Shown here piece by piece: positions 1 through 8,325 of a stretch of 18,929 nucleotides of DNA. The translations under genes were made by a program, and so were the position numbers. The notes beneath the pieces are model-generated. The model was not told the DNA's origin. It saw only the letters and a list, made by a program, of their open reading frames with translations, and did no database searches. Within the stretch, counting starts at the first letter, position 1; the number at the start of each line of letters is the position of its first letter. The stretch is from a virus. The DNA lies in UHGV virus genome UHGV-1353644; one strand, written 5' to 3'.

Positions 1-1
1 G

Positions 2-799
<798 letters not shown>

Positions 800-803
800 T
801 TTG

Positions 804-811
804 AATAAATA
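804..811 (+). promoter_or_regulatory. Candidate late-promoter-like element (AATAAATA, 7 of 8 match to T4 late TATAAATA) upstream of t
   Basis: Sequence AATAAATA at 804-811, followed by SD AAGGAGG and the ATG of t at 830. Imperfect match; speculative. Confidence 0.2.
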
Positions 812-829
812 CCCTTAAAAGGAGGGTCT

Positions 830-1486
830 ATGGCAGCACCTAGAATATCACTTTCGCCCTCTGGTATTCTGTTGGGTGTTCTAGATCGCTTGTTCAAAGA
901 TAACGCTACCGGGAAAGTTCTTGCTTCCCGGGTAGCTGTCGTAATTCTTTTGTTTATAATGGCGATTGTTTGGTATAGGGGAGATAGTTTCTTTGAGTAC
1001 TATAAGCAATCAAAGTATGAAACATACAGTGAAATTATTGAAAAGGAAAGAAACGCACGCTTTGAATCTGTCGCCCTGGAACAACTCCAGATAGTTCATA
1101 TATCATCTGAGGCAGACTTTAGTGCGGTGTATTCTTTCCGCCCTAAAAACTTAAACTATTTTGTCGATATTATAGCATACGAAGGAAAATTACCTTCAAC
1201 AATAAACGAAAAATCACTTGGAGGATATCCTGTTGATAAAACTATGGATGAATATGCAGTTCATTTAAATGGACGTCATTATTATTCTGACTCAAAATTT
1301 GCTTTTTTACCAACTAAAAAGCCTACTCCCGAAATAAACTACATGTACAGTTGTCCATATTTTAATTTGGATAATATCTATGCTGGAACAATAACCATGT
1401 ACTGGTATAGAAATGCTCATATAAGTAATGACCGCCTTGAATCAATATGTTCACAGGCGGCCAGAATATTAGGAAGGGCTAAATAA
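830..1486 (+). CDS. t: Holin t (218 aa)
   Basis: Strong SD AAGGAGG 7 nt upstream. Translation MAAPRISLSPSGILLGVLDRLFKDNATGKVLASRVAVVILLFIMAIVWYRGD... is near-identical to recalled T4 holin T, same length, single N-terminal TM segment and large C-terminal domain. Confidence 0.95.
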   Translation: MAAPRISLSPSGILLGVLDRLFKDNATGKVLASRVAVVILLFIMAIVWYRGDSFFEYYKQSKYETYSEIIEKERNARFESVALEQLQIVHISSEADFSAVYSFRPKNLNYFVDIIAYEGKLPSTINEKSLGGYPVDKTMDEYAVHLNGRHYYSDSKFAFLPTKKPTPEINYMYSCPYFNLDNIYAGTITMYWYRNAHISNDRLESICSQAARILGRAK

Positions 1487-1759
1487 TTATTTGTTCGTAT
1501 ACATCTCTAGATATCGATATACACCCTCAAAACCCTCGTTGAATTCGTCGATGAGGGTTTTCTTATCTTCTTGAGTTAATTCAGAAACAATTTTACGGAA
1601 TGAATTCTGGTTTAACTTTCTACCTTCATGCGTTACTCCAATCTCATTTAGAAATGCAATAAAATTAGCACGATTCTCAACAATATCTTCTCTGGAAAAT
1701 TTAATCAAAATAGACGCAACAGTAATAATTTCACGAACTGTATCAATATTTTTATTCAT
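1487..1759 (-). CDS. asiA: Anti-sigma70 factor AsiA (90 aa)
   Basis: Translation MNKNIDTVREIITVASILIKFSREDIVENRANFIAFLNEIGVTHEGRKLNQNSFRKIVSELTQEDKKTLIDEFNEGFEGVYRYLEMYTNK matches recalled T4 AsiA over full length. Its stop abuts the stop of t (convergent). Confidence 0.95.
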   Translation of the reverse strand: MNKNIDTVREIITVASILIKFSREDIVENRANFIAFLNEIGVTHEGRKLNQNSFRKIVSELTQEDKKTLIDEFNEGFEGVYRYLEMYTNK

Positions 1760-1789
1760 TAACTATACCACTCAATTAGTTGACTTTGT

Positions 1790-1821
1790 TATAATATCAT
1801 CAGACGCTTGATTTGTAAACT
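1790..1821 (-). promoter_or_regulatory. T4 early-type promoter upstream of asiA
   Basis: On minus strand: A/T-rich upstream, GTTTAC (complement of 1815-1820), 18 nt, TATTAT (complement of 1791-1796); ATG of asiA about 30 nt downstream. Confidence 0.55.
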
Positions 1822-1920
1822 GGTCTGTGGTATTTTCTTCGAAAATTTTTTCTACGAATTCCTTGAACGACTTACGTTCCTGAGCTATATTATGCTCGAT
1901 TACTTTTTCAAGATTATGAC

Positions 1921-2199
1921 TCATTCGAAATAATCTTCAATTTCGTAATCATGGACATAAATCATTATAGTTTTTAATACATCATCAATACTTTTTCCTG
2001 GAGCTGGAATTACGTAGAAATATCCTACTTTTGAGTGGTCTTTATAAGTTCCAAACAAGAAATCATTATTCTCAAGATGTAATTCTTCAACTAATTCATT
2101 AACAATTGAATGGTATAGGTTTGGTAGAAACTTATATAGCTTTTCTAGAATATCAATTTTGATTGTATATTGAACCACAGATTGAGAATCAATAATCAT
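1921..2199 (-). CDS. arn: Arn-like anti-restriction protein (92 aa, acidic), inhibitor of McrBC-type restriction in T4
   Basis: 92-aa acidic protein directly upstream of asiA; length, position and recalled sequence agree with T4 Arn. SD GGGGAAGG precedes the ATG. Confidence 0.7.
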   Translation of the reverse strand: MIIDSQSVVQYTIKIDILEKLYKFLPNLYHSIVNELVEELHLENNDFLFGTYKDHSKVGYFYVIPAPGKSIDDVLKTIMIYVHDYEIEDYFE

Positions 2200-2282
2200 A
2201 GACCTTCCCCTTATGTTTCTGTTTGCGATTAGATTCTTTAAACGCTTTCTTCTTATCCTTATGAACAGAAGCTTTATTAAAA

Positions 2283-2501
2283 TTATGCTTTGCGACTAAG
2301 TTGTTCATAATGCTGAATTACCTCTCTTAAACATTTGCATGTGAATGAAAACTTTTTAGCTACACCACATTCAAATATATGTTCTCTTAAATCACGTGTA
2401 TCGGTATATCCCATCTCAACGATAAAGTGCCGTATTAGATTTTTATCTTTATCATTGAGAGAATTAAAATAGTCAGATTTTGAATTAATTTCCCTGGCCA
2501 A
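2283..2501 (-). CDS. Hypothetical protein (72 aa, arn.1 position); probable TTG start
   Basis: ORF track; no in-frame ATG near the 5' end; TTG at 2501 is preceded by SD AAGGTGA. Cys-containing (CGVAKKFSFTCKC). Confidence 0.45.
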   Translation of the reverse strand: MAREINSKSDYFNSLNDKDKNLIRHFIVEMGYTDTRDLREHIFECGVAKKFSFTCKCLREVIQHYEQLSRKA

Positions 2502-2781
2502 GTTGAATCACCTTCAGTTGACGTTTTAGTTCTTTTATAATTTCTTCGTTCATCGCAATATAAAGATCGCGTAAAGCAGGTTTTAGCATTCCATTTACTG
2601 GAGAACTAAATGGACATACATAATCTTTTCCTACGAGCTTTTTGGTGAATTCCATATTACAGAACTTAAATGCCGGTTCATTGGTATAAATTCCCCAATT
2701 AGTTGACATCATTTTATTGGCATATTCCAATGCCTGGATTTGATTCATAATTCCATCAATTTGAAACTTTTTAATATTCAT
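2485..2781 (-). CDS. Hypothetical protein (98 aa)
   Basis: ORF track; ATG at 2781 overlaps the stop of the upstream ORF (ATGA), consistent with translational coupling. Confidence 0.6.
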   Translation of the reverse strand: MNIKKFQIDGIMNQIQALEYANKMMSTNWGIYTNEPAFKFCNMEFTKKLVGKDYVCPFSSPVNGMLKPALRDLYIAMNEEIIKELKRQLKVIQLGQGN

Positions 2782-3239
2782 CAGTAAAGGTCCTCAGAGT
2801 AAAGTTCTTTTTCACTACCACCACGTTCAATACGTACTTGTCCAGCGTAAGTTGCAATAATCATTGCTTCTTCACGTGTCCAATAATTACTATATTGGTC
2901 AATAAACCCTTGGTCATCATCACAAACTTGTTGAGTAACTAATTGAGGTTTAACTATATCTAAAACTTCTGCCATATCTTTAGAATAATGACGAGCACCT
3001 GGAATAATAAGAGTTCGTCCATCTTTTAATTTAAAACGGTTGGCTGCACAGACAATTCGTCGTTGATACTTTTGGTTTTCATCCCAATATGCAGGCTGCC
3101 AACAGATTTCAGGAACTTCATCTAAAACATCCTGTTCTGTATATTCGCCATAAGAAGATAATTTAGCAGCTAAACTTTCAGGAGTCTCACGAGACAAAGC
3201 TTTATCTAACAGAGCTAAACGTTCTTTGAATGTTTTCAT
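2781..3239 (-). CDS. Hypothetical protein (152 aa)
   Basis: ORF track; ATGA overlap with the upstream ORF at 3236-3239; unbroken frame in a compact operon. Confidence 0.65.
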   Translation of the reverse strand: MKTFKERLALLDKALSRETPESLAAKLSSYGEYTEQDVLDEVPEICWQPAYWDENQKYQRRIVCAANRFKLKDGRTLIIPGARHYSKDMAEVLDIVKPQLVTQQVCDDDQGFIDQYSNYWTREEAMIIATYAGQVRIERGGSEKELYSEDLY

Positions 3240-3565
3240 TTAAACCATCCTTTAATACGTTGCCATAAAGTTTTCTGTTGAGCTTTGTTGACACCAATTG
3301 AGCGAATAACTGGTTGAGATTCCTGGAATTCTTTATAATCAGCAAGGTAAATTTCGTAAGCTGTATCCGTAAAGGAACTTATCGCTGCCATAAAATTATT
3401 GCGAATACCTACTGGAGCATCTTTGCTTTCACGAATAATCATGTATTTACCAGTCTTAATCTTTACGATAGTTCCAAGATAAGCTCCATGGTACCAGATG
3501 TCCCACCCCTCTTGAGTGGGTTCTGCACAACGACGAAGTTCATTAACAATTTCTAACTTGTTCAT
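3236..3565 (-). CDS. Hypothetical protein (109 aa)
   Basis: ORF track; SD GAGGAA upstream of the ATG at 3565. Confidence 0.65.
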   Translation of the reverse strand: MNKLEIVNELRRCAEPTQEGWDIWYHGAYLGTIVKIKTGKYMIIRESKDAPVGIRNNFMAAISSFTDTAYEIYLADYKEFQESQPVIRSIGVNKAQQKTLWQRIKGWFK

Positions 3566-3575
3566 TATTTATTCC

Positions 3576-4211
3576 TCACAGTTCAGATGCTACAGTGATT
3601 ACTGCTTCAATGTTTTCTGCCGAGCGTTTAATGTCAAGATACACATTACCGTTTTTAGCGATTTTACACGACATTCCGATATCAGTAAATTTCTGAATAT
3701 GATGTTCCATCATTTTGTATCCAAAAATTCGCATATTTCCGTTATTATTAATTTCAAAATTACGAATTCCGTGAGTGCGTTTTTCTAAAATAGCAAGATA
3801 ATTACTACGATAAGTTTCAACCTTTTTAAGAACAAATCCGTTTTCATCCAAAAGTTTTAACATGAAGTCTTTATCTTCTTCCATATCAGAAGTAATCTCA
3901 CGAGCTTTACGAGTTGCTCGTTTTTTCAGCAGTTCCGGGGCATTTTCCTGTGCGTATAAAGTTGCTGCATTTGAAATAATATCCTGAGCTTCACCAGTAA
4001 TGATTAATCCATCACCAGATTTCTCTACCAAGCCTTTTTTAATCAATACCCCAATATTACTATTAACTACTGCATTACCTAAATCTGGATGCACCTCACG
4101 AACTTCTGCAGCTGTAATGAAATCTTTCTTAGCAATAGTAATTAAAATCGCAGCAGTTTTTTCATTCAGAACATCGTTAGAAGCTTTGATGATGTAAGTT
4201 ACTTTAGACAT
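3576..4211 (-). CDS. motA: MotA, activator of middle-mode transcription (211 aa)
   Basis: Translation MSKVTYIIKASNDVLNEKTAAILITIAKKDFITAAEVREVHPDLGNAVVNSNIGVLIKKGLVEKSGDG... matches recalled T4 MotA; same length; SD GGAG upstream. Confidence 0.95.
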   Translation of the reverse strand: MSKVTYIIKASNDVLNEKTAAILITIAKKDFITAAEVREVHPDLGNAVVNSNIGVLIKKGLVEKSGDGLIITGEAQDIISNAATLYAQENAPELLKKRATRKAREITSDMEEDKDFMLKLLDENGFVLKKVETYRSNYLAILEKRTHGIRNFEINNNGNMRIFGYKMMEHHIQKFTDIGMSCKIAKNGNVYLDIKRSAENIEAVITVASEL

Positions 4212-4251
4212 TTTCTAATCTCCGTAATTCTGTATCAGTAGTTGATAGTTG

Positions 4252-4283
4252 TATAGTACCACAGTATGCTTTGGTTGTAAACC
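4252..4283 (-). promoter_or_regulatory. T4 early-type promoter upstream of motA
   Basis: Minus strand: AAAAATTTTTT upstream, GTTTAC (complement of 4277-4282), 18 nt ending CTGTGG, TACTAT (complement of 4253-4258), then the conserved leader ACAACTATCAACTACTGATAC. Confidence 0.6.
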
Positions 4284-4302
4284 GTTTTGTGAAAAAATTT
4301 TT

Positions 4303-4333
4303 GAAATAAAAAAGGGAGAGCCGAGGCTCTCCC
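4303..4333 (-). terminator. Rho-independent terminator after the 49-aa ORF
   Basis: Minus-strand RNA: 8-bp GC-rich stem GGGAGAGC / GCUCUCCC with a 4-nt loop, immediately followed by UUUUUUAUUU. Confidence 0.7.
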
Positions 4334-4338
4334 TAAAA

Positions 4339-4488
4339 TTATTGCATGACTGTGATAACTGTCATGATAACACGTTGAATTCCGAACGCAAGAAGACCTC
4401 CTGCTACGGCAGGAACAACACCTAAACCCGTCAGTAAAATGCCACCAGATACTAATGCAGCGCTTGTAATACCAATGAATGGACTCAT
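4339..4488 (-). CDS. Small hydrophobic membrane protein (49 aa), motA.1 position
   Basis: My own translation: MSPFIGITSAALVSGGILLTGLGVVPAVAGGLLAFGIQRVIMTVITVMQ. Its ATG overlaps the TGA of gp52 (ATGA); terminator follows. Below the ORF-track length cutoff. Confidence 0.55.
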   Translation of the reverse strand: MSPFIGITSAALVSGGILLTGLGVVPAVAGGLLAFGIQRVIMTVITVMQ

Positions 4489-5813
4489 TTGATTTCCTCT
4501 AAATCTTTGGTGTATTCGGTAACTACATCAGTAGTTTTCCAATATTCGTTCTCTTCTTTTTTAGCTTTAGCTTCTTCAGCAAGTTTCTTCGCTTCATCGG
4601 AAGTCATATGAAAAATATTCATTCCGACTAGTTTATCAGCATAAGAAGAATACATATCAATTTTAGAAAGTTCTTCGGTCAGTTCTTTACGAGTTTTACC
4701 CTGTACAACAATTTCACCTGAAATTACTTTCTTAATGAAATGTGCCTTGGCAAAGGCTAAACGAAATGCTGACTCAGTTTCTTTAATTTTGTTATCAATT
4801 CGTTTTTGGACATAAGTTTTACGAACTTCAACAAAGTCTTTAATTAAATCGACTACGTTATCGTAAACTTGAAGCTTTCCTTTCTCATTAATAACAGTAA
4901 TATTCTGAGAACGACGTTCAATCAATCCGAAGTCTTTCATAATTTTTGCGTGACGTTCTTCTTCATTATCGCTCAAAGAATATTCTTTACGGAATTTAAC
5001 TTTGAAGCCAAAGCCGTGCTCACCACAAGCATCATCCCATGTAATGAAGCCTTTATCTTCAAGCGGGTCTAAAATTTTACTCACATAAGTTTCACGATCA
5101 TACTTATACGGAATCTCAGTGATATGCATTTGAGTTCGTGAAGTAAACTTATATGTTCCGCGAATTTCATATTGCCCATCAATTTCAACGACTTCACCAC
5201 GAAATTCTGGGAATTCTACCTTCGGTTTAGTTACTTTCTTTCCTTGAAGAGCTTGCAATACAGCTTTCTTGACAGAAGAAACACTATGAGGAAGAATGTA
5301 AGTTGCATAACCAGTTGCAATACCGGAAACACCATTAAGAAGAACGGTAGGAATAATAGGCAAATAGAAAGCAGGCGGAATGTGTTCTTTATCTTGATGT
5401 ACCGGAGCATATTCAGTATCTTTATATACACTATAGAAATTTTTACTTACACGAGCAAAAATATAACGACTTGCCGCTGCTTTTTGAACGGTACGAGAAC
5501 CAAAGTTTCCTTGACCATCTAACAGAGGAAAGTTATTATTCCATGTGTTAGCCATCAAAGCACCCGCATCTTGTGCAGAGTTTTCGCCATGATGATATCC
5601 AAGGTCAGCTACACCACCTGCAATAGAAGCGAGTTTATGAAACTTATCTTTATTTCCTCGTGCCAAATCAAGAGCTCGAGCAATAACAAATCGTTGAACT
5701 GGCTTAAATCCATCAATCATATTTGGGATAGCACGATTTTCAACCGTGTACATAGCATAAGCCAATGCTTCATTATCAATGATACTTTTTAAATCGCGAT
5801 TATTCAGTTGCAT
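4485..5813 (-). CDS. 52: DNA topoisomerase II medium subunit gp52 (GyrA-like, 442 aa)
   Basis: Translation has the GyrA/ParC-type catalytic region (AASRYIFARVSKNFY, with the RYxxxR active-site Tyr context) and an N-terminus like recalled T4 gp52. Confidence 0.95.
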   Translation of the reverse strand: MQLNNRDLKSIIDNEALAYAMYTVENRAIPNMIDGFKPVQRFVIARALDLARGNKDKFHKLASIAGGVADLGYHHGENSAQDAGALMANTWNNNFPLLDGQGNFGSRTVQKAAASRYIFARVSKNFYSVYKDTEYAPVHQDKEHIPPAFYLPIIPTVLLNGVSGIATGYATYILPHSVSSVKKAVLQALQGKKVTKPKVEFPEFRGEVVEIDGQYEIRGTYKFTSRTQMHITEIPYKYDRETYVSKILDPLEDKGFITWDDACGEHGFGFKVKFRKEYSLSDNEEERHAKIMKDFGLIERRSQNITVINEKGKLQVYDNVVDLIKDFVEVRKTYVQKRIDNKIKETESAFRLAFAKAHFIKKVISGEIVVQGKTRKELTEELSKIDMYSSYADKLVGMNIFHMTSDEAKKLAEEAKAKKEENEYWKTTDVVTEYTKDLEEIK

Positions 5814-5817
5814 AAAT

Positions 5818-5958
5818 TTACCATACTAGTGAATGTAGTGCCATAATAACATCAGAAATGAAAAGCACGACTTGAATTAATCCGAACATTATTCCATAAT
5901 ATAACGCTATCAATAAAATAGCAAGGGCTAATGAATAGCCCAAGATTTTCTTAATCAT
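5818..5958 (-). CDS. Small membrane protein (46 aa), 52.1 position
   Basis: My own translation: MIKKILGYSLALAILLIALYYGIMFGLIQVVLFISDVIMALHSLVW. ATG sits 5 nt downstream of the stop of the preceding ORF. Confidence 0.5.
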   Translation of the reverse strand: MIKKILGYSLALAILLIALYYGIMFGLIQVVLFISDVIMALHSLVW

Positions 5959-6109
5959 TAGTAGATAACAACACAAATGTTAAATATGCACACATACCCT
6001 GAGCTAAAGCTTGTGAAAACACGCTACTGGCATCGGTACAGATAGTTAAAACGCATACTACTATCCAACAAATAAATGAAATAACTCCTAATAATTTTGC
6101 GATATTCAT
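5951..6109 (-). CDS. Small membrane protein (52 aa), paralogue of the adjacent 51-aa ORF; one of the two is probably the ac-type gene
   Basis: ATG at 6109 preceded by SD GAGGAG (the track extends to an upstream TTG). Protein MNIAKLLGVISFICWIVVCVLTICTDASSVFSQALAQGMCAYLTFVLLSTND shares a CW...SVF.QA.AQG pattern with the neighbour. Confidence 0.55.
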   Translation of the reverse strand: MNIAKLLGVISFICWIVVCVLTICTDASSVFSQALAQGMCAYLTFVLLSTND

Positions 6110-6119
6110 AATATTCTCC

Positions 6120-6275
6120 TCAACTGTTTTTAAAACCAATGCACGCGAATAATGATAAAACTGCTAATACACCCTGGGCTGATGCTTGTAAAAATACTGA
6201 AGTTTCTCCAGTTATTACTGTTCCAGCGAATAAAAAGCACCAACAGAAAAAAGTTATATCATAAATAAATTTCAT
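6120..6275 (-). CDS. Small membrane protein (51 aa), ac-like position
   Basis: My own translation: MKFIYDITFFCWCFLFAGTVITGETSVFLQASAQGVLAVLSLFACIGFKNS. SD GAGGAAAAT directly after the stp stop. Confidence 0.55.
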   Translation of the reverse strand: MKFIYDITFFCWCFLFAGTVITGETSVFLQASAQGVLAVLSLFACIGFKNS

Positions 6276-6282
6276 ATTTTCC

Positions 6283-6363
6283 TCACAGACGTCCGAAGAC
6301 GCCTTTGGTTTTAAGATTTTTACGATAGAACTGCATCACGTGTTCGTTGTGGAAATTACTCAT
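6283..6363 (-). CDS. stp: Stp peptide (26 aa), the T4 peptide that activates the host PrrC anticodon nuclease
   Basis: My own translation [26 protein letters not shown] matches recalled T4 Stp at nearly every position. Its ATG overlaps the TAA of ndd (TAATG). Absent from the ORF track because of length. Confidence 0.8.
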   Translation of the reverse strand: MSNFHNEHVMQFYRKNLKTKGVFGRL

Positions 6364-6818
6364 TAATATGCCTGCAAAACAAATTTAAAGTTATCAGCCA
6401 ACATACGATTCATTTCTTCAAGTGTTTGATACTCAGAATGATGATTACGAGTAAACGCCAAAGCTAACTGACCTTTTCCAAATCCTGTCGTCAGAGGTTT
6501 CATCTTAGAAGCAGGAAGATAAAATACTGCGTATGGAACATTGTTATTTGCAATAGTACGCGCAAGCTGAGACCGACGCTGACGAATATGACTTAGAACT
6601 GCACTAAATCCTTGCTTAGAACGCTGATTACCTACATAAAATCGTGCAGATACACACGGACTATCAAATGGACCACCAAATTTGCTCACTAAAAAGTAAA
6701 ATCCAGGGTTAGACAAAATGTCTTTATGCGGAGTTCCAAAAACCCATTCACCGCCCTTGATTGTACCAATAACAGTAGCGCCTGCATTATTCAAATCAGT
6801 AACAGTCATATATTTCAT
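6363..6818 (-). CDS. ndd: Nucleoid disruption protein Ndd (151 aa)
   Basis: Translation [25 protein letters not shown]...[25 protein letters not shown]... matches recalled T4 Ndd; same length and position relative to stp. Confidence 0.9.
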   Translation of the reverse strand: MKYMTVTDLNNAGATVIGTIKGGEWVFGTPHKDILSNPGFYFLVSKFGGPFDSPCVSARFYVGNQRSKQGFSAVLSHIRQRRSQLARTIANNNVPYAVFYLPASKMKPLTTGFGKGQLALAFTRNHHSEYQTLEEMNRMLADNFKFVLQAY

Positions 6819-6877
6819 GTTAATTTCCTCTAATTATTTTCTACTCCAAGGCCGCATGAATACACACGGCCATTAAA

Positions 6878-7093
6878 TTAATCGTCGCAGTCGACGCTCA
6901 ATTCCCAAAACTCTTCTACAGTATAAGTTTCAGTATCATTTTCAATACAGAAACGTTCATTACTGTTATTTGCTAAAGTAGCATTAACTGTCGGTTTCTC
7001 GCTAGTGCTCTTAAGAGGTGAAATACGAATTAACTGATCACCATTATCTAAACAGAAAATTTCACCAACTTTTACATCTTTAAAGATTTTCAT
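6878..7093 (-). CDS. Hypothetical protein (71 aa)
   Basis: ORF track; SD GAGGTG upstream of the ATG at 7093. Confidence 0.6.
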   Translation of the reverse strand: MKIFKDVKVGEIFCLDNGDQLIRISPLKSTSEKPTVNATLANNSNERFCIENDTETYTVEEFWELSVDCDD

Positions 7094-7101
7094 AATTCAC
7101 C

Positions 7102-7212
7102 TCAAGGAGTATAAAATCCAAATGCAGTTGTTGACCATCCCATCCAATACGGGAAATTTGCGCCAATGTAAAACATAAGAATATAAAACCAACCGCTCAG
7201 CAAATTCATCAT
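7102..7212 (-). CDS. Tiny aromatic/hydrophobic ORF (36 aa)
   Basis: My own translation: MMNLLSGWFYILMFYIGANFPYWMGWSTTAFGFYTP. ATG overlaps the stop of the upstream ORF (ATGA). Confidence 0.4.
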   Translation of the reverse strand: MMNLLSGWFYILMFYIGANFPYWMGWSTTAFGFYTP

Positions 7213-7406
7213 TTTACACCATTCCAAATTGTTTCAATCACGGATTTTAAACCATTCTGATGAATATCCATTCCGACTACAGCCATCAAATAGATTCCAA
7301 CTACAACTGAACCTAATGCAAAAATCAGCATGAAAATGAATAAAGCCGGAAAAATATTATCGAAAAACCATTCCATAAATGTAAAAGCACTGCGTTTACG
7401 TTTCAT
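7209..7406 (-). CDS. Small membrane protein (65 aa)
   Basis: Internal ATG at 7406 preceded by SD TGAGGAAAAT (the track extends to 7427). Basic N-terminus MKRKRSAF followed by a hydrophobic stretch. Confidence 0.55.
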   Translation of the reverse strand: MKRKRSAFTFMEWFFDNIFPALFIFMLIFALGSVVVGIYLMAVVGMDIHQNGLKSVIETIWNGVK

Positions 7407-7413
7407 ATTTTCC

Positions 7414-7527
7414 TCACATAAATCCAAAGTAAACGTTTAATACATCAATCATTAAAACGATTGGGAATATACTCAAAACAACTAAAATTATAATTATATT
7501 CCATATAGCTTTAACAATCTTTTTCAT
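7414..7527 (-). CDS. Small membrane protein (37 aa)
   Basis: ATG at 7527 preceded by SD GGAGGA and lying just downstream of an early promoter; protein MKKIVKAIWNIIIILVVLSIFPIVLMIDVLNVYFGFM. The track's upstream extension would cover the promoter. Confidence 0.45.
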   Translation of the reverse strand: MKKIVKAIWNIIIILVVLSIFPIVLMIDVLNVYFGFM

Positions 7528-7554
7528 TTTCTGTTCCTCCGTAGTTGATAGGGT

Positions 7555-7586
7555 AATAGTACCACAGAGGAACAGTCTTGTAAACA
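7555..7586 (-). promoter_or_regulatory. T4 early-type promoter inside the small-ORF cluster
   Basis: Minus strand: GTTTAC (complement of 7580-7585), 18 nt ending CTGTGG, TACTAT (complement of 7556-7561), then leader TATCAACTACGGAGG. Confidence 0.55.
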
Positions 7587-7591
7587 ACTTT

Positions 7592-7690
7592 TTAAAAATA
7601 TTCGTAATAAATGTGAATACCAATCACTACTGCCGAAACTTGCGCAACCCACCATGCACAAGCAATAAGTACAGAATTCAAAATTTTCAT
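7592..7690 (-). CDS. Tiny hydrophobic ORF (32 aa)
   Basis: My own translation: MKILNSVLIACAWWVAQVSAVVIGIHIYYEYF. SD GAGGT upstream; ATG overlaps the stop of the upstream ORF (ATGA). Confidence 0.4.
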   Translation of the reverse strand: MKILNSVLIACAWWVAQVSAVVIGIHIYYEYF

Positions 7691-7773
7691 AATAACCTCA
7701 TCACAAAAGTAAATGTTAAACAAATTACTGGAATACTAATTAACCAAACAAAACACCACCATAACGAACTCAT
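7687..7773 (-). CDS. Tiny hydrophobic ORF (28 aa)
   Basis: My own translation: MSSLWWCFVWLISIPVICLTFTFVMRLL. ATG overlaps the TGA of the 87-aa ORF. Could be a chance frame in A/T-rich DNA. Confidence 0.35.
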   Translation of the reverse strand: MSSLWWCFVWLISIPVICLTFTFVMRLL

Positions 7774-8033
7774 AGTTCAATCTCAGCGATTTTCATTTCA
7801 TTACTATTAATAGCCGCTTTAAGACTATCCGAAAGAATTACATTCCAGTGGTCATTCATATGACCATTAACTAAGCGTGTAATTTCTTCAGGAGTTGAAA
7901 AATAAGGCTGATCAGACTCCCAGTGCGATAATCCTAAGCGGGTATAAATCATACCTTCATCATCGCTAGAATATTCAACTGACACAAACTCATCAGTTGT
8001 TTTATGTTTAGCGTAATAAAATTTAAATTTCAT
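7770..8033 (-). CDS. Hypothetical protein (87 aa from ATG at 8033; the track uses TTG at 8042)
   Basis: ORF track. The first ATG lies 5 nt downstream of the stop of the upstream ORF (8039-8041). Confidence 0.55.
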   Translation of the reverse strand: MKFKFYYAKHKTTDEFVSVEYSSDDEGMIYTRLGLSHWESDQPYFSTPEEITRLVNGHMNDHWNVILSDSLKAAINSNEMKIAEIEL

Positions 8034-8038
8034 TTTAT

Positions 8039-8245
8039 TCAATAATCCGCTAAAAGATCGACGATTGCATCACGAAGACATTTATTCGCAATACGTTTAA
8101 GAGCAATTTCAGTTTCAGGCGCATTTCGAATAATCATTGAATTCAATTCAGCTTCGGCAAACTGAAGTTCTTTGACTAATTCAGCTTTATATTTTCCTTG
8201 ACCTTTCTTAGCTTTTGCTCGTTTTAATTCAGCTGTAGTAAACAT
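8039..8245 (-). CDS. Hypothetical protein (68 aa), Lys/Ala/Glu-rich
   Basis: Internal ATG at 8245 preceded by SD GGAGAA, about 35 nt downstream of an early promoter. The track's longer form (to 8344) would run through the promoter. Confidence 0.55.
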   Translation of the reverse strand: MFTTAELKRAKAKKGQGKYKAELVKELQFAEAELNSMIIRNAPETEIALKRIANKCLRDAIVDLLADY

Positions 8246-8278
8246 TTTGTTCTCCAAATCCGTATCAGTTGATAGTTG

Positions 8279-8310
8279 TATAGTACCACAGTCCTTGTGG
8301 TATGTAAACC
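8279..8310 (-). promoter_or_regulatory. T4 early-type promoter downstream of denB
   Basis: Minus strand: TTTAAAAAATTT upstream, GTTTAC (complement of 8304-8309), 18 nt ending CTGTGG, TACTAT (complement of 8280-8285), leader ACAACTATCAACTGATAC. Near-identical to the motA promoter. Confidence 0.6.
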
Positions 8311-8325
8311 ATTTTGTGAAATTTT

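Noticed and set aside
1484-1489. Back-to-back convergent stop codons of t and asiA (TAATTA) with no intervening terminator
   Set aside because: Noted as a compact-genome feature; no structure or signal is visible that suggests a function beyond tight packing.
5231-5431. Minus-strand 66-aa ORF inside gp52
   Set aside because: Alternative frame wholly within the topoisomerase gene; hydrophobic low-complexity translation with no initiation signal.
6287-6304. UUCG-loop hairpin (GGCGUC-UUCG-GACGUC) first taken for a regulatory structure upstream of the 51-aa ORF
   Set aside because: It lies inside the stp coding sequence (codons for GVFGR). The structure may still fold, but the sequence is explained by the Stp peptide.
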